The notes: a model not told the origin generated them from the letters alone. 64,000 nucleotides of DNA from an uncultured Pseudomonadota bacterium (GCA_902597385.1 CACJXQ010000005.1:9074-73073); one strand, 5' to 3'; shown: positions 1 to 10,803, numbered from the stretch's first letter. A program made the numbers and translations.

Positions 1-1284
1 ATATCGGTACAGGTAGACGGCCAGTTAAAGACCGGAAGAGACTGCATCGTCGCGGCATTATTAGGCGCTGAAGAGTTCGGGTTTTCGACCGCACCGTTAG
101 TCGTTATGGGTTGCATTATGATGCGGGTATGTCACCTAAATACCTGTCCGGTTGGAGTGGCTACCCAGGACCCAGTTCTCAGGAAAAAGTTTAATGGTAA
201 ACCTGAATTTGTTGAGAACTTTTTTAAGTTCATTGCTGAAGAAATCAGAATCTACCTAGCTGAAATAGGTGCTCGTTCAGTTCAAGAAATTATAGGACGC
301 GCTGACTTTTTAGATTATTCCCCAGCCTTGAATCATTGGAAAGCGAAAGGATTAGACCTTTCTCCTATTTTGAAAGTGCCTGATTTAGAAAAGCATTCTC
401 TATTCAAAACTAGAGAGCAAAATCATTCCTTAGATAATTCACTGGATAGGACAACGCTATTGCCTCTGTGTATGGAGTCGATAGAAAGCAAAGCGAGAGT
501 GAAGACTGAGATGAAAATTGAAAACACCAATAGAACGGTAGGAACTATACTCGGCTCAGAGGTCACTAAAAAGTACGGAAGGGCTGGTTTGCCAGAAGAT
601 ACCATACAAATAAAATTTAACGGCTCAGCAGGACAAAGTTTTGGAGCATTCCTACCTCGTGGAATCAGCTTGAGCGTAGAAGGAGACGCCAACGACTACG
701 TTGGAAAAGGCTTATCTGGAGGCAAGATAATTGTCTATCCCCCGAAAAATGTAACCTTTCGCCCTGAAGAAAATATTTTAGTTGGTAACGTAGTGCTATA
801 TGGAGCAACCTCAGGTAGTGCCTTCTTCCGTGGCATTGCAGGGGAACGATTCGCAGTTAGAAACAGTGGCGCAGACGCAGTAGTAGAGGGCGTCGGCGAC
901 CATGGCTGTGAATACATGACCGGAGGAAGGATCGTTATTCTCGGTGAAACCGGGAGAAACTTTGCAGCTGGCATGTCGGGAGGAGTAGCCTACGTATATA
1001 ATCCAAAAGACAAATTTTCTGCTTTGTGCAATCAAGACATGGTGAGACTTCAAAGCTTTGGAGACAAGAAAGAAGAACAAGAAATAAGGAACCTAATAGA
1101 AAAACACCATGAATACACTGAGAGTGAATTAGCGGAAAGAATTTTAACTAATTGGGAAGTCCACAAAAATTTATTTGCTGTAGTTATGCCAAAAGACTAT
1201 AAAAGGGTACTAGAAGCTATTCAGCGAGCCAAAGAAGAGGGACTGCCTGAAGATGAAGCAGTAATGGAGGCGGCCCATGGCTGA
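1..1284 (+). CDS. gltB: glutamate synthase large subunit, C-terminal part (5' end lies outside the window)
   Basis: Frame 1 is open from base 1 (ISVQVDGQLKTGRD...). It carries large-subunit motifs CHLNTCPVGVATQDP and GDHGCEYMTGG. The stop overlaps the gltD start (ATGGCTGA). Confidence 0.9.
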   Translation: MSVQVDGQLKTGRDCIVAALLGAEEFGFSTAPLVVMGCIMMRVCHLNTCPVGVATQDPVLRKKFNGKPEFVENFFKFIAEEIRIYLAEIGARSVQEIIGRADFLDYSPALNHWKAKGLDLSPILKVPDLEKHSLFKTREQNHSLDNSLDRTTLLPLCMESIESKARVKTEMKIENTNRTVGTILGSEVTKKYGRAGLPEDTIQIKFNGSAGQSFGAFLPRGISLSVEGDANDYVGKGLSGGKIIVYPPKNVTFRPEENILVGNVVLYGATSGSAFFRGIAGERFAVRNSGADAVVEGVGDHGCEYMTGGRIVILGETGRNFAAGMSGGVAYVYNPKDKFSALCNQDMVRLQSFGDKKEEQEIRNLIEKHHEYTESELAERILTNWEVHKNLFAVVMPKDYKRVLEAIQRAKEEGLPEDEAVMEAAHG

Positions 1285-2719
1285 TTCTACTGGTTTCCTA
1301 AAACATGCTCGACAAAAACATCCTTACAGGCCGGTAGATGAAAGACTAAAGGACTGGAAGCAGGTCATGTCTCGATTTGAAGGTAAACTTATTAACCAAC
1401 AGGCATCGCGATGCATGGATTGCGGAATTCCGTTCTGTCATCAAGGATGTCCTCTGGGAAATCTGATCCCAGAATGGAATGATCTTGTACGAGAAAACAA
1501 CTGGGAGCTGGCATTAGACCGTTTGCATGCGACAAATAATTTCCCTGAATTCACTGGAACCCTTTGTCCAGCACCTTGCGAAGGGTCATGTGTTTTGGGA
1601 ATAAACGATTCAGCAGTATCGATAAAATCTATCGAGCTAGAAATAATAGATCGAGGATTCGAGCAAGGACGAATAGTTCCTAAACCGCCCAAATCAGAAT
1701 CTGGGAAAAAAGTTGCTATTATCGGCTCTGGGCCAGCAGGGTTAGCTGGAGCACAGCAACTTCGTAGAGCAGGACACAAAGTAACCGTTTTTGAACGCGA
1801 TGACCGGATAGGTGGATTACTACGTTATGGAATCCCTGAATTCAAAATGGAAAAGAACGTTCTAGATCGTAGGTTGAGACAATTAAGCGAGGAGGGAATC
1901 GTATTTGTTGAGAACGCAAATATTGGGGTCAAGATACCAATAACCGAACTTCAGGAGGAATATGACGCCATTTTGCTTGCAGGTGGCGCGACCCAATCCA
2001 GAGACCTTCCTGTTCCTGGCAGGGAGTATAAAGGAGTGCACTTAGCAATGGATTTTCTATCTCAACAAAACAGGATCTGCCAAGGAGAAGATCCTTCGGA
2101 ATCATTCCTAAGTGCCCACGATAAAGATGTAATTATCATCGGAGGAGGAGACACTGGAGCAGATTGTTTGGGAACCGCACATAGACAAGGAGCACGTTCA
2201 GTAACTAACTTAGAAATTTTAGAAAGACCTCCAGAAGAGCGCCTACTAGATAACCCTTGGCCTCAATGGCCCAGAATATATAGGGTGGCGTCTGCCCACG
2301 AAGAGGGGGGAGAGCGTAAATTCTCCGTGTCGACAAAAAGATTTATAAGCAACAAAAATAACCAATTGGAAGCGTTGGAAATAGCTGACGTTAGAATGGT
2401 TAAGAATGGTGGAACGACGAGATTTGAAGAGGTTCCAAATTCGACCAGAAGGCTTCCTTGCCAACTCGCACTCCTTGCCATGGGTTTTACCGGGCCTGAC
2501 ACTGGTGGTCCCATAGAAGAACTAGAACTAGACCTTACTGAGTCTGAAAGCGTGAGAACAGGAAGTGACTGGATGACATCCGTTGAGGGAATTTTCGCGG
2601 CAGGAGATATTCGAAGGGGACAATCGTTGATAGTGTGGGCTATAGCAGAGGGACGATCGGCGGCAAGTTCCATAGATAAGTACTTAAATGGCGTGGGCAA
2701 TCTACCATCGCCTTTATAG
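1277..2719 (+). CDS. gltD: glutamate synthase small subunit (NADPH)
   Basis: 480 aa. Fe-S cysteine cluster CMDCGIPFCH...CP, dinucleotide fold GSGPAGLAGA and a second GGGDTGADC motif. Sits directly after gltB. Confidence 0.9.
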   Translation: MADSTGFLKHARQKHPYRPVDERLKDWKQVMSRFEGKLINQQASRCMDCGIPFCHQGCPLGNLIPEWNDLVRENNWELALDRLHATNNFPEFTGTLCPAPCEGSCVLGINDSAVSIKSIELEIIDRGFEQGRIVPKPPKSESGKKVAIIGSGPAGLAGAQQLRRAGHKVTVFERDDRIGGLLRYGIPEFKMEKNVLDRRLRQLSEEGIVFVENANIGVKIPITELQEEYDAILLAGGATQSRDLPVPGREYKGVHLAMDFLSQQNRICQGEDPSESFLSAHDKDVIIIGGGDTGADCLGTAHRQGARSVTNLEILERPPEERLLDNPWPQWPRIYRVASAHEEGGERKFSVSTKRFISNKNNQLEALEIADVRMVKNGGTTRFEEVPNSTRRLPCQLALLAMGFTGPDTGGPIEELELDLTESESVRTGSDWMTSVEGIFAAGDIRRGQSLIVWAIAEGRSAASSIDKYLNGVGNLPSPL

Positions 2720-2746
2720 TTAGAACTTCAATCTGAAGGGTAGTTC

Positions 2747-3769
2747 ATGAAAGATAGGTTCTTGAAAGCTTTAAGATGCGAAGAAACTGATCAAACACCC
2801 GTCTGGATAATGCGCCAAGCTGGTCGCTATCTCCCTGAATACAGAAACGCGAGAGTAAGAGCCGGGAGTTTCTTAACCCTGTGCAAGACTCCCGAGCTCG
2901 CCACAGAAGTGACACTCATGCCTATAAAGCGATTTCCACTAGATGCCGCTATTTTATTTTCAGATATTTTAACAATACCCGATGCCATGGGTATGGGTTT
3001 AAATTTTCGAGAAGGAATAGGCCCAACATTTTCAAAGAAACTCGAGAATCTATCTGACTTCAAGCGACTACCTATACCTAACCCAGAAGAAGAGTTACGG
3101 TATGTAATGGACACAATAAGGTTACTTAAGAGAGAACTGGGGAGCATGCCACTTGTGGGATTCAGTGGAAGTCCTTGGACCTTAGCCTGCTATATGCTTG
3201 AAGGTGGTGGTAGCAAGGATTTCAACCACGTTCGTAAAAAGCTTTTTAGTAATCCTACTGAAATGAGATATCTCCTTGAAAAACTAGCCAAAGCAGTTGC
3301 CCACTATTTAGAAGCACAAATAGATGCAGGTGTTGATGCGATAATGATTTTTGATAGTTGGGCTGGCATTCTATCAGACTCATGTTTTAAGCAATTCTCA
3401 CTGAAATACCTGAAGGATATTTGCGGAAAACTTAAAGAAAAAAATGTTCCAAAAATTGTTTTCGCAAAAGGCGGCGGGCTCTGGCTTGATTCTCTGGCTC
3501 AATTAGAAATAAATGGTTTAGGATTAGATTGGTCAATTGATTTAGCAAGAGCAAGGGCTATTGTAGGAGACAAGATAGCCTTACAAGGAAATCTTGATCC
3601 TGCAGTAATGCTAACTGACCCTCAAACAGTTAGATTAGAAACCAAAAAAGTTCTAGAAAGTATCGGGAATAGAAAAGGATATATCTTTAACCTTGGTCAC
3701 GGCATCACACCGGAAGTAGATCCTAGGCATGTAGAAGTTTTAGTAGACACAGTTCATTCTTATCGCTAA
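2747..3769 (+). CDS. hemE: uroporphyrinogen decarboxylase
   Basis: 340 aa with the canonical N-terminus PVWIMRQAGRYLPEY. gltB-gltD-hemE order matches Pseudomonas-type synteny. Confidence 0.9.
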   Translation: MKDRFLKALRCEETDQTPVWIMRQAGRYLPEYRNARVRAGSFLTLCKTPELATEVTLMPIKRFPLDAAILFSDILTIPDAMGMGLNFREGIGPTFSKKLENLSDFKRLPIPNPEEELRYVMDTIRLLKRELGSMPLVGFSGSPWTLACYMLEGGGSKDFNHVRKKLFSNPTEMRYLLEKLAKAVAHYLEAQIDAGVDAIMIFDSWAGILSDSCFKQFSLKYLKDICGKLKEKNVPKIVFAKGGGLWLDSLAQLEINGLGLDWSIDLARARAIVGDKIALQGNLDPAVMLTDPQTVRLETKKVLESIGNRKGYIFNLGHGITPEVDPRHVEVLVDTVHSYR

Positions 3770-3778
3770 TGCAATGAC

Positions 3779-4711
3779 ATGAACGACAGATACTATTTTG
3801 GCAAGACATTTCTTAGAGGATTTGCGATAGGAACTTCTGACTTAGTGCCTGGTGTCTCAGGTGGAACAATGGCAGTCGTTTTAGGTATATACCGTACTTT
3901 AGTCAACGCACTCAAATCCTTTAATTGGGTTTGTCTTAAGGCTGTTTTTTCTCTCAAATGGAGAACCGCTCTTGGGATACCACATTTCAAATTTTTAATT
4001 CCACTATGCCTAGGTGCAGTCGGCGCTGTTTTATTTTTTACGCAAGTAGTTATATTGTCAGATTTATTAAAGGTCTACCCTGCTATAATTTATTCAATGT
4101 TTTTTGGATTAGTATCCGGTTCAACGATCGTAATGCTACGAGAAATCCAAGCTTGGTATTGGAGGGATATTATTGTACCAATTATATTGGGTCTAATGAT
4201 TGGCGTTTTTATTTTGACTGCGGTTCCAACCTCTACTCCAGAAGATAGCTGGTTTCTCTTCCTTTCAGGCTTGCTCGCTGGAAGTGCAATGATAACACCC
4301 GGCATATCAGGAGCTTTCGTCCTCATCATTTTAGGAAAGTACTCATTTGTTCTAGACGCATTAAATGATTTTCAATTGCTAACGCTGATGCCATTCGGGC
4401 TAGGTGTTGCTACTGCTCTGATCTTTTTCGTAAGATTAATATCCTTGCTCCTAGAGAAATACGAGACTAAGGCCCTAGCTATAATTACTGGTTTCCTGGG
4501 GGCCTCCCTTTGGAAAATGTGGCCTTTCCAATCTAGAACATACGAGCATATTAATGCCGAGCTAATAATGGTCATCGAACCAATCAAACCAGATTATGAC
4601 TTTAAATTTTTTCTCTGTATCTTGCTTATGACTACATGTGCCGCTCTAGTGATTGGAATCAGCACTAAATCGAAAATGCTTATACAACAGCAGAAAAATA
4701 AAAAAACCTGA
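3779..4711 (+). CDS. DUF368 family polytopic membrane protein (PopT-like putative polyprenyl-phosphate transporter)
   Basis: 310 aa and hydrophobic throughout. Has the DUF368 signature GTSDLVPGVSGGTMAVVLGIY and a second PGISGAFVLIILG repeat. Confidence 0.75.
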   Translation: MNDRYYFGKTFLRGFAIGTSDLVPGVSGGTMAVVLGIYRTLVNALKSFNWVCLKAVFSLKWRTALGIPHFKFLIPLCLGAVGAVLFFTQVVILSDLLKVYPAIIYSMFFGLVSGSTIVMLREIQAWYWRDIIVPIILGLMIGVFILTAVPTSTPEDSWFLFLSGLLAGSAMITPGISGAFVLIILGKYSFVLDALNDFQLLTLMPFGLGVATALIFFVRLISLLLEKYETKALAIITGFLGASLWKMWPFQSRTYEHINAELIMVIEPIKPDYDFKFFLCILLMTTCAALVIGISTKSKMLIQQQKNKKT

Positions 4712-6169
4712 AAAATAAAGCGCAGGATAATCCCCATACTCTAGATAAGGTGTCAAACCCGATCTACCAAAGACCGTCCCCGAAACCACAGCAGGGCTAA
4801 ACTGTGGGCCTGTCGCGATAAAACCGCCCTTATGATCTATTAAAGCTGTAAGTCCATCATTAGTTGCTCGTAAAATTGGCCTGCCTGATTCTAAGGCTCG
4901 CACTCGAGCAATCTGCAAATGCTGGAAAGGGGCTATACTATTACCGAACCAAGCATCGTTGCTTACATTCACTAAGAAATGTGATTTTGGTAGCGAAGAG
5001 AACGCGATATCTGTAAAAGCCACCTCGTAGCAAATTAGGATACCTACTTCACGACCTTTAATAGACAAAGAATTTTTCAGAAGATCGCCAGAGGACAGAT
5101 CCGACATTGGAATAAGAAAATATTTGTGAAGAAATCTGAAATAATTTTTCCCTGGAAAGTATTCTCCATAAGGCACTAATTTCCTTTTAGAGTAACTATC
5201 CGAGGAGACCCCCAATTGCAAAATACTATTAAAATATTTTTCTCTAGTGAAATCTTTTGTAGGGGCACCTATTAAAAGAACTGTGCTAGTTTCTGAGCCT
5301 TTCTTGCTCAACATCTCTATAGTATCTGGCACATTTTCAGGAAAAGTTGGTAACGCCGTCTCGGGCCAAACTATTAAATCCTTCTCCCAATACTCTTGAG
5401 TTAACTTCCAGTAGCGTTGAATGGAATCCTCAAGTTGACTAGCTTCCCACTTTATTTGTTGAGGTATAGCTCCCTGGACGAGAGCTACTTGAAGACTATT
5501 TTTATGGGTTTCGGTCCAATCAACATCCTGCAATAAAAAGCTTGAGAAAAACGCCAAGAAACTAATAAAAACCGATACCGGCCACCGGAACTTGAACTTT
5601 TTTAAAGACCAGAAAAAAGTAGCGACGATAAAAACGACCATTCCTGAACATCCTATACTTCCTACCAAGGGAATAAAGCCCTTAAAAGGCCCGTCTAGTT
5701 GGCTATACCCCACTAATAGCCAGGGAAACCCGGTAAGAAAGTTTGACCGGACATACTCACTTAAAAACCATAAACAAGGTATAGTGAAAATATATAACGG
5801 AGAACTAATCCTTACTAGACTTACAAATTGGCCTAAAATCGCATAGTAAATAGCCATCAAAGCTATGAAAAAAAAAGTTAAAGAGAACGAAAAAATCCAG
5901 TATGGGATACCAAATTGGTGGATACTGATCTGGATCCACCCAATGCCAAGCCCGAAGATTCCCAGACCAAAAATCCAACCAACAAAAAACGCTGTTTTCA
6001 AATCAGCGCCAACAAGAGACTTCAGAAAAAGAAACAACGAGATAAAAATGACAAAATCAAAGTCGAACGGCGAGAAGGAAAACGGAAAAAGTATACCGCC
6101 GATCATTGCAAAAAAATGGCGCCAGTAATGGGAAATAAAATTTAACTTTAAAGCCTCACTTAATACCAC
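4646..6169 (-). CDS. lnt: apolipoprotein N-acyltransferase
   Basis: 507 aa. N-terminal multi-TM region plus a CN-hydrolase domain with VWPETA and ILICYE catalytic motifs. GTG start. Canonical position downstream of corC. Confidence 0.88.
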   Translation of the reverse strand: MVLSEALKLNFISHYWRHFFAMIGGILFPFSFSPFDFDFVIFISLFLFLKSLVGADLKTAFFVGWIFGLGIFGLGIGWIQISIHQFGIPYWIFSFSLTFFFIALMAIYYAILGQFVSLVRISSPLYIFTIPCLWFLSEYVRSNFLTGFPWLLVGYSQLDGPFKGFIPLVGSIGCSGMVVFIVATFFWSLKKFKFRWPVSVFISFLAFFSSFLLQDVDWTETHKNSLQVALVQGAIPQQIKWEASQLEDSIQRYWKLTQEYWEKDLIVWPETALPTFPENVPDTIEMLSKKGSETSTVLLIGAPTKDFTREKYFNSILQLGVSSDSYSKRKLVPYGEYFPGKNYFRFLHKYFLIPMSDLSSGDLLKNSLSIKGREVGILICYEVAFTDIAFSSLPKSHFLVNVSNDAWFGNSIAPFQHLQIARVRALESGRPILRATNDGLTALIDHKGGFIATGPQFSPAVVSGTVFGRSGLTPYLEYGDYPALYFSGFFIFLLLYKHFRFSADSNH

Positions 6170-6182
6170 TTCCCTATTCAGC

Positions 6183-7013
6183 TCACTCTTTCACGTCTAC
6201 TGTTACACGTAAGAGCCTTACTCGGCGTCGATCGGCCCGTAACACTTTAAAGAGAAAGCCATTTAGAGAGCTTTCTTCGCCTTTCTTTGGTACGTGTCCC
6301 ATATTTTGCGCTACCAATCCTCCGATGGTCTCACAATCATCCGATTGAAAAGAAACATTAAAGTATTCGGAGAGTTCATCAAGGGGAGTGGTAGCTTTTA
6401 CAGTATATCTTTCCTTGCCATGCCGCCTTATATTTCCTTCATTGTCATAGTCATGTTCATCGTCTATTTCGCCCACGATTTGCTCAATTACATCCTCTAT
6501 AGAAACTAATCCAGAGACCGTTCCATATTCGTCGACGACGACCGCCAAGTGTTGTCGATTAGCTTTAAACTCTCTTAATAAAATATTCAGTCTCTTGCTT
6601 TCTGGCACAAATACTGGAGGTCGTAGTAGATCCTTTAAACTCACTTTATCTTCCGAGATGGTATTGTTTAATAGGTCCTTGGCCAGTAAGATTCCGATTA
6701 CAGCTTCCCTCCTATCGTCAAAAACAGGAAACCTGGAGTGACCAGAATCCACAGCCTTACTCATAAAATCTTGCGGACTCCCACCCTCCTCAACGAAAAC
6801 AGCTTCAGACCTAGGAACCATGATATCCCTCACCTGCATTTCGGAAACCAGCAACGCTCCTTCCATCATTCGCACAGTATCGGCGTCAACCACATTTAGT
6901 GATTCAGCCTCGTGGAGATAGCTAATCAAATTGTCCCTCGGCTCTCTTTTATCGAACAAACCCTTAGCAAACCGAGGAAACGTCAAAATCTTTTTTACAA
7001 TTTTTTCTAACAT
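6183..7013 (-). CDS. corC: CBS-pair / CorC_HlyC domain magnesium-cobalt efflux protein
   Basis: 276 aa. Contains VRDIMVPRSE, tandem CBS domains and a C-terminal transporter-associated domain. Lies in the miaB-phoH-ybeY-corC-lnt block. Confidence 0.85.
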   Translation of the reverse strand: MLEKIVKKILTFPRFAKGLFDKREPRDNLISYLHEAESLNVVDADTVRMMEGALLVSEMQVRDIMVPRSEAVFVEEGGSPQDFMSKAVDSGHSRFPVFDDRREAVIGILLAKDLLNNTISEDKVSLKDLLRPPVFVPESKRLNILLREFKANRQHLAVVVDEYGTVSGLVSIEDVIEQIVGEIDDEHDYDNEGNIRRHGKERYTVKATTPLDELSEYFNVSFQSDDCETIGGLVAQNMGHVPKKGEESSLNGFLFKVLRADRRRVRLLRVTVDVKE

Positions 7014-7033
7014 TTTACTAGAGCTTCGGCTGT

Positions 7034-7567
7034 TTAGGTTCTAATAGCAGCATTAGAGGCATTATTTTCCAAGGCTGAATCGCTAACCTGATAAGGATCT
7101 TCAATACCAAGACTACTTAAAATCTGGATCTCCAACATTTCCATTTCTGCTCCATCGGAATCATTGTCGTGAGTGAAGCCGACTAAATGCAAAACCCCGT
7201 GCACCGTCAAATGAATCAATCGATAAGCAGGATTCCCCTGCTCTAGCAGGGCTTCTGAGATCACCAACGGGGCACAAATGAGAATATCACCCAAGTGGCC
7301 GGGTATAGAAAAATCGATGTCAGCAGAAGGGAATGACAAAACATTAGTAGGCTTACCTATACCACGAAATTGGCTATTCAATTCCCGAGCTTCTTCAATA
7401 TCTACAATACGAACTGTGAGGGTTTCAAAACCGATGAAGAATTGTTTGGGAACAGCGCTTACCGCTTGCTCAACAAGGCTAGCGTAGTAAAGACTATCAT
7501 CGTCAGTTATTACTTGTGTGATTAAATTGATCAGTTCTAAGGCCTCATTTGGTTTGAAAAGATACAA
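7034..7567 (-). CDS. ybeY: endoribonuclease YbeY (rRNA maturation)
   Basis: 177 aa with the zinc motif HGVLHLVGFTHD. The only plausible start is TTG at 7567, directly after the phoH stop. Confidence 0.85.
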   Translation of the reverse strand: MYLFKPNEALELINLITQVITDDDSLYYASLVEQAVSAVPKQFFIGFETLTVRIVDIEEARELNSQFRGIGKPTNVLSFPSADIDFSIPGHLGDILICAPLVISEALLEQGNPAYRLIHLTVHGVLHLVGFTHDNDSDGAEMEMLEIQILSSLGIEDPYQVSDSALENNASNAAIRT

Positions 7568-7569
7568 AC

Positions 7570-8535
7570 TTAAGTGGTATTCCTTTTTTTCTCATATTCT
7601 TCGTAGGCATCCAAAATCCGCCCTACTATTTTATGTCTGACTACATCTTTGGAACTGAAATAATTAAACCCCACCCCTTCAATATTTAACAAGATATCAG
7701 ACACGCTTCTAAGACCAGATTCCCTGCAGTTTGGTAGGTCTATTTGGGTAATATCTCCCGTTACTACAGTCTTAGAGCCAAATCCGATTCTAGTCAAGAA
7801 CATTTTCATTTGCTCCACAGTAGTATTCTGAGCCTCGTCTAGGATAATAAAAGAATGATTAAGGGACCGTCCTCTCATGAAGGCCAGAGGTGCTATTTCA
7901 ATAAGTCCCTTATCGATCAATTTATTCACACGGTCAAATCCAATCATTTCATATAAAGCATCGTAAAGTGGCCGAAGATATGGATCTATCTTCTGAGCCA
8001 TATCGCCTGGCAAAAATCCCAGTCTTTCTCCAGCTTCTACGGCGGGCCTGACAAGACATACACGTCTTACACTATCCGACTCTAATGCCGCTACTGCACT
8101 GGCTACCGCTAAATAAGTTTTTCCGGTTCCGGCCGGACCGATCCCGAAACATATGTCATTAGACCTGATAGATTTTATATAAGCTCGCTGAGACATGCCT
8201 CGCGCGACCACTTTCACTCTACGAGTGTATACAGCCTCACCTTCTTGATCGACATTCCGTTCAGCAACCTCAGATCCCTTAAGCTCGAGATGAATATCCT
8301 CCACAGACACACTGGAGGATTTTGTAATGAGATATAATCTTCTTAAAACCCTCTCGGTGGCATCTAATGCCTTCGCATCTAGTCCGCTGAGCCTAAATTG
8401 ATTCCCCCTATTACCGATACTTACCCCGGTGTTTTTCTCAATGTAACGCAAATTTTCGTCAAATTGACCGCAAAGGTTAGCCAATCTAGAATTATCAATT
8501 GGCTCCAGTTCAATTTGAATCTCTTTACTTTCCAA
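7570..8535 (-). CDS. ybeZ: PhoH-like ATPase (YbeZ)
   Basis: 321 aa. Walker A GPAGTGKTYLA. N-terminus EIQIELEPIDNSRL aligns with E. coli YbeZ. TTG start. Confidence 0.85.
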   Translation of the reverse strand: MESKEIQIELEPIDNSRLANLCGQFDENLRYIEKNTGVSIGNRGNQFRLSGLDAKALDATERVLRRLYLITKSSSVSVEDIHLELKGSEVAERNVDQEGEAVYTRRVKVVARGMSQRAYIKSIRSNDICFGIGPAGTGKTYLAVASAVAALESDSVRRVCLVRPAVEAGERLGFLPGDMAQKIDPYLRPLYDALYEMIGFDRVNKLIDKGLIEIAPLAFMRGRSLNHSFIILDEAQNTTVEQMKMFLTRIGFGSKTVVTGDITQIDLPNCRESGLRSVSDILLNIEGVGFNYFSSKDVVRHKIVGRILDAYEEYEKKRNTT

Positions 8536-8548
8536 AATTAATGTCTAT

Positions 8549-9874
8549 CTACGCTGATGGCAGATAAGAGCCTCCCAATGAATTCGGAAAAACTTCTTCA
8601 ATTCTCACATTCACCATTGAACCAATAAGCGCTTTTTCACCGGCAAAGTTTACCACTCGATTATTTTCTGTGCGTCCAGCCAATAACTCGCTAGATTTTT
8701 TTGATTCTCCAGTCACTAGAATCTTCTCAATATTCCCGACCATGGCTATAGAATAATGATTAGCGAAATTAGTTATTTTAGACTGAAGCAAAGCTAGCCT
8801 CTCTTGCTTAACTTTATCTTCCACCTGGTCATCTAGGTCAGCAGCAGGAGTGCCGGGTCGAGAGCTGTAGGAAAAACTGAATGACTGATCAAACTTAATC
8901 TCTTCGATCAAAGACATAGTGTCTATAAAATCTTCCTTTGTTTCTCCCGGAAAGCCTACTATAAAATCACTCGAAATGCTCATTTCGGGGCAGATGCTTC
9001 TTAATCTCCGTACAATCGACTTATATTCAAGGGAAGTGTAGCCTCGCTTCATTCTTCGCAAGATTCTGTCGGATCCACTTTGCACAGGTAAGTGGACATG
9101 TTTCACGAGCTTCGGGAGTTCCTTATGGACATTAATTAGTCTCTGGCTAAACTCTATCGGATGGGACGTGGTGTACCGGATTCTCTCAATTCCAGGAATT
9201 GCAGAGACATAATGTAACAAGGCAGGAAAATCTACAATTTTTCCCTCATCATTATTCGATTGATAGGCATTAACATTTTGCCCTAACAAAGTCACCTCTT
9301 TAGCCCCACCCCTAGCAACTAAATAGATCTCTTTCAACACATCCTCAAAAGACCGACTAAATTCTTCTCCGCGAGTATAAGGTACGACACAAAAGCTACA
9401 ATACTTGCTGCAACCTTCCATTATAGAAACGTAAACCGAAGCCTTTTGAGTCTTTTCGATTGGCAAGCTATCAAACTTTTCTATCTCTGGAAAACTTATA
9501 TCAATTTCTGGTTTCGAATTTTCTCTGGCTTTTTTAATCAGACCAGGGAGCCTATGCAGGGTTTGCGGACCAAAGACCACATCAACATAAGGTGCTCGAG
9601 CTAATATATCACCTCCCTCTTGACTAGCGACGCAACCACCAACCCCTATTATAGCGTCAGGACAGGTCTCTTTGAACTTTCGCCACCTACCTAACTCTGA
9701 ATACAGCTTCTGCTGGGCCTTGTCACGAACAGAACAGGTATTTACTATTAAAACTGTAGCGTCTTTCGGATCATCCACTAGCTCAAGACCCAAAGACTTC
9801 CGCAACAGACTGGATATCTTATCCGAATCATACACATTCATCTGGCATCCAAAGGTCTTTATAAATAATCCCAT
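8549..9874 (-). CDS. miaB: tRNA-2-methylthio-N6-dimethylallyladenosine synthase
   Basis: 441 aa. N-terminus [14 protein letters not shown], radical-SAM motif [11 protein letters not shown] and a C-terminal TRAM-like region. Confidence 0.9.
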   Translation of the reverse strand: MGLFIKTFGCQMNVYDSDKISSLLRKSLGLELVDDPKDATVLIVNTCSVRDKAQQKLYSELGRWRKFKETCPDAIIGVGGCVASQEGGDILARAPYVDVVFGPQTLHRLPGLIKKARENSKPEIDISFPEIEKFDSLPIEKTQKASVYVSIMEGCSKYCSFCVVPYTRGEEFSRSFEDVLKEIYLVARGGAKEVTLLGQNVNAYQSNNDEGKIVDFPALLHYVSAIPGIERIRYTTSHPIEFSQRLINVHKELPKLVKHVHLPVQSGSDRILRRMKRGYTSLEYKSIVRRLRSICPEMSISSDFIVGFPGETKEDFIDTMSLIEEIKFDQSFSFSYSSRPGTPAADLDDQVEDKVKQERLALLQSKITNFANHYSIAMVGNIEKILVTGESKKSSELLAGRTENNRVVNFAGEKALIGSMVNVRIEEVFPNSLGGSYLPSA

Positions 9875-9930
9875 GGTCTAAATTTCTCTCTCCAAAAAGC
9901 ACTAAAGGCTAATTTACCAAAATCTAAGTG

Positions 9931-10782
9931 TTAATCTAGTGTTACCTTCAAATTATCTATTAGGCGCGCAGAACCAAGCCAAACGGCAGTTAAAATCACA
10001 ATATCCCGGTCACTCGAATTGACCGGAAGTAGATCTTTCTGTCTTCTGATAGAGAAGTATTCTACTTTCATTCCCACTTCAGTCAGGGATATAACTCCTT
10101 CTTGCTCAATCTCTTCTACAGTAAAAGCCCCATTTCTCAATCTTTCAACCGCAGATTGGAGGGCGCTATAAATCGCAGGACTCTTTCCTCGTTCCTGCCG
10201 GTTTAGATACCTATTTCTGGAACTCATAGCGAGTCCATCTGTTTCCCTGCACGTTGGCATCGAAACTATTTGGACTGGCAACAACATATCAATAACCATT
10301 CGCCTAATCACTAGGACTTGTTGAAAATCCTTTTCTCCAAATAAAGCATAATCAGGCATCGAGTTGATTAACAGTTTGGCGACTACTGTTGCAACCCCAG
10401 AGAAGTGTCCTTCACGATACTCACCACATAATATATCCGATATTTCGGGCACCGTAATTCTTGTATCAACCTCTGTACCGCCAGGATATAGTTCTTTTAG
10501 ATCTGGCATGAATACAGTATCCACACCTGCTATCTCAAGCTTCTGAAGGTCCTCCTTAATAGTGCTGGGGTAACTATCATAATCTTCTCCAACGCCAAAT
10601 TGTATTGGATTTACAAAAATACTCACTAAAGTTCTGTCGGCCAAATCCTTAGCTCTATCCAACAAAGAAAGGTGGCCTGAATGAAGATTTCCCATAGTGG
10701 GTACGATAGCCACCGTGAAACCGGATAGCCGCCATGCCTTAGACTGAGCCCTCAGAGACTCAACATCAAATATAGATTCCAT
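9931..10782 (-). CDS. panC: pantoate--beta-alanine ligase
   Basis: 283 aa with PTMGNLHSGHLSL (HIGH-type motif) and GEKDFQQ. Confidence 0.9.
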   Translation of the reverse strand: MESIFDVESLRAQSKAWRLSGFTVAIVPTMGNLHSGHLSLLDRAKDLADRTLVSIFVNPIQFGVGEDYDSYPSTIKEDLQKLEIAGVDTVFMPDLKELYPGGTEVDTRITVPEISDILCGEYREGHFSGVATVVAKLLINSMPDYALFGEKDFQQVLVIRRMVIDMLLPVQIVSMPTCRETDGLAMSSRNRYLNRQERGKSPAIYSALQSAVERLRNGAFTVEEIEQEGVISLTEVGMKVEYFSIRRQKDLLPVNSSDRDIVILTAVWLGSARLIDNLKVTLD

Positions 10783-10803
10783 AATTCTTGCTTAACAACC
10801 GAA

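Noticed and set aside
5865-6145. Two overlapping lysine-rich ORFs (87 and 76 aa) on the plus strand inside lnt
   Set aside because: They are antisense to the phenylalanine-rich TM region of Lnt, so TTT/TTC codons read as AAA/GAA. This is a compositional artefact.
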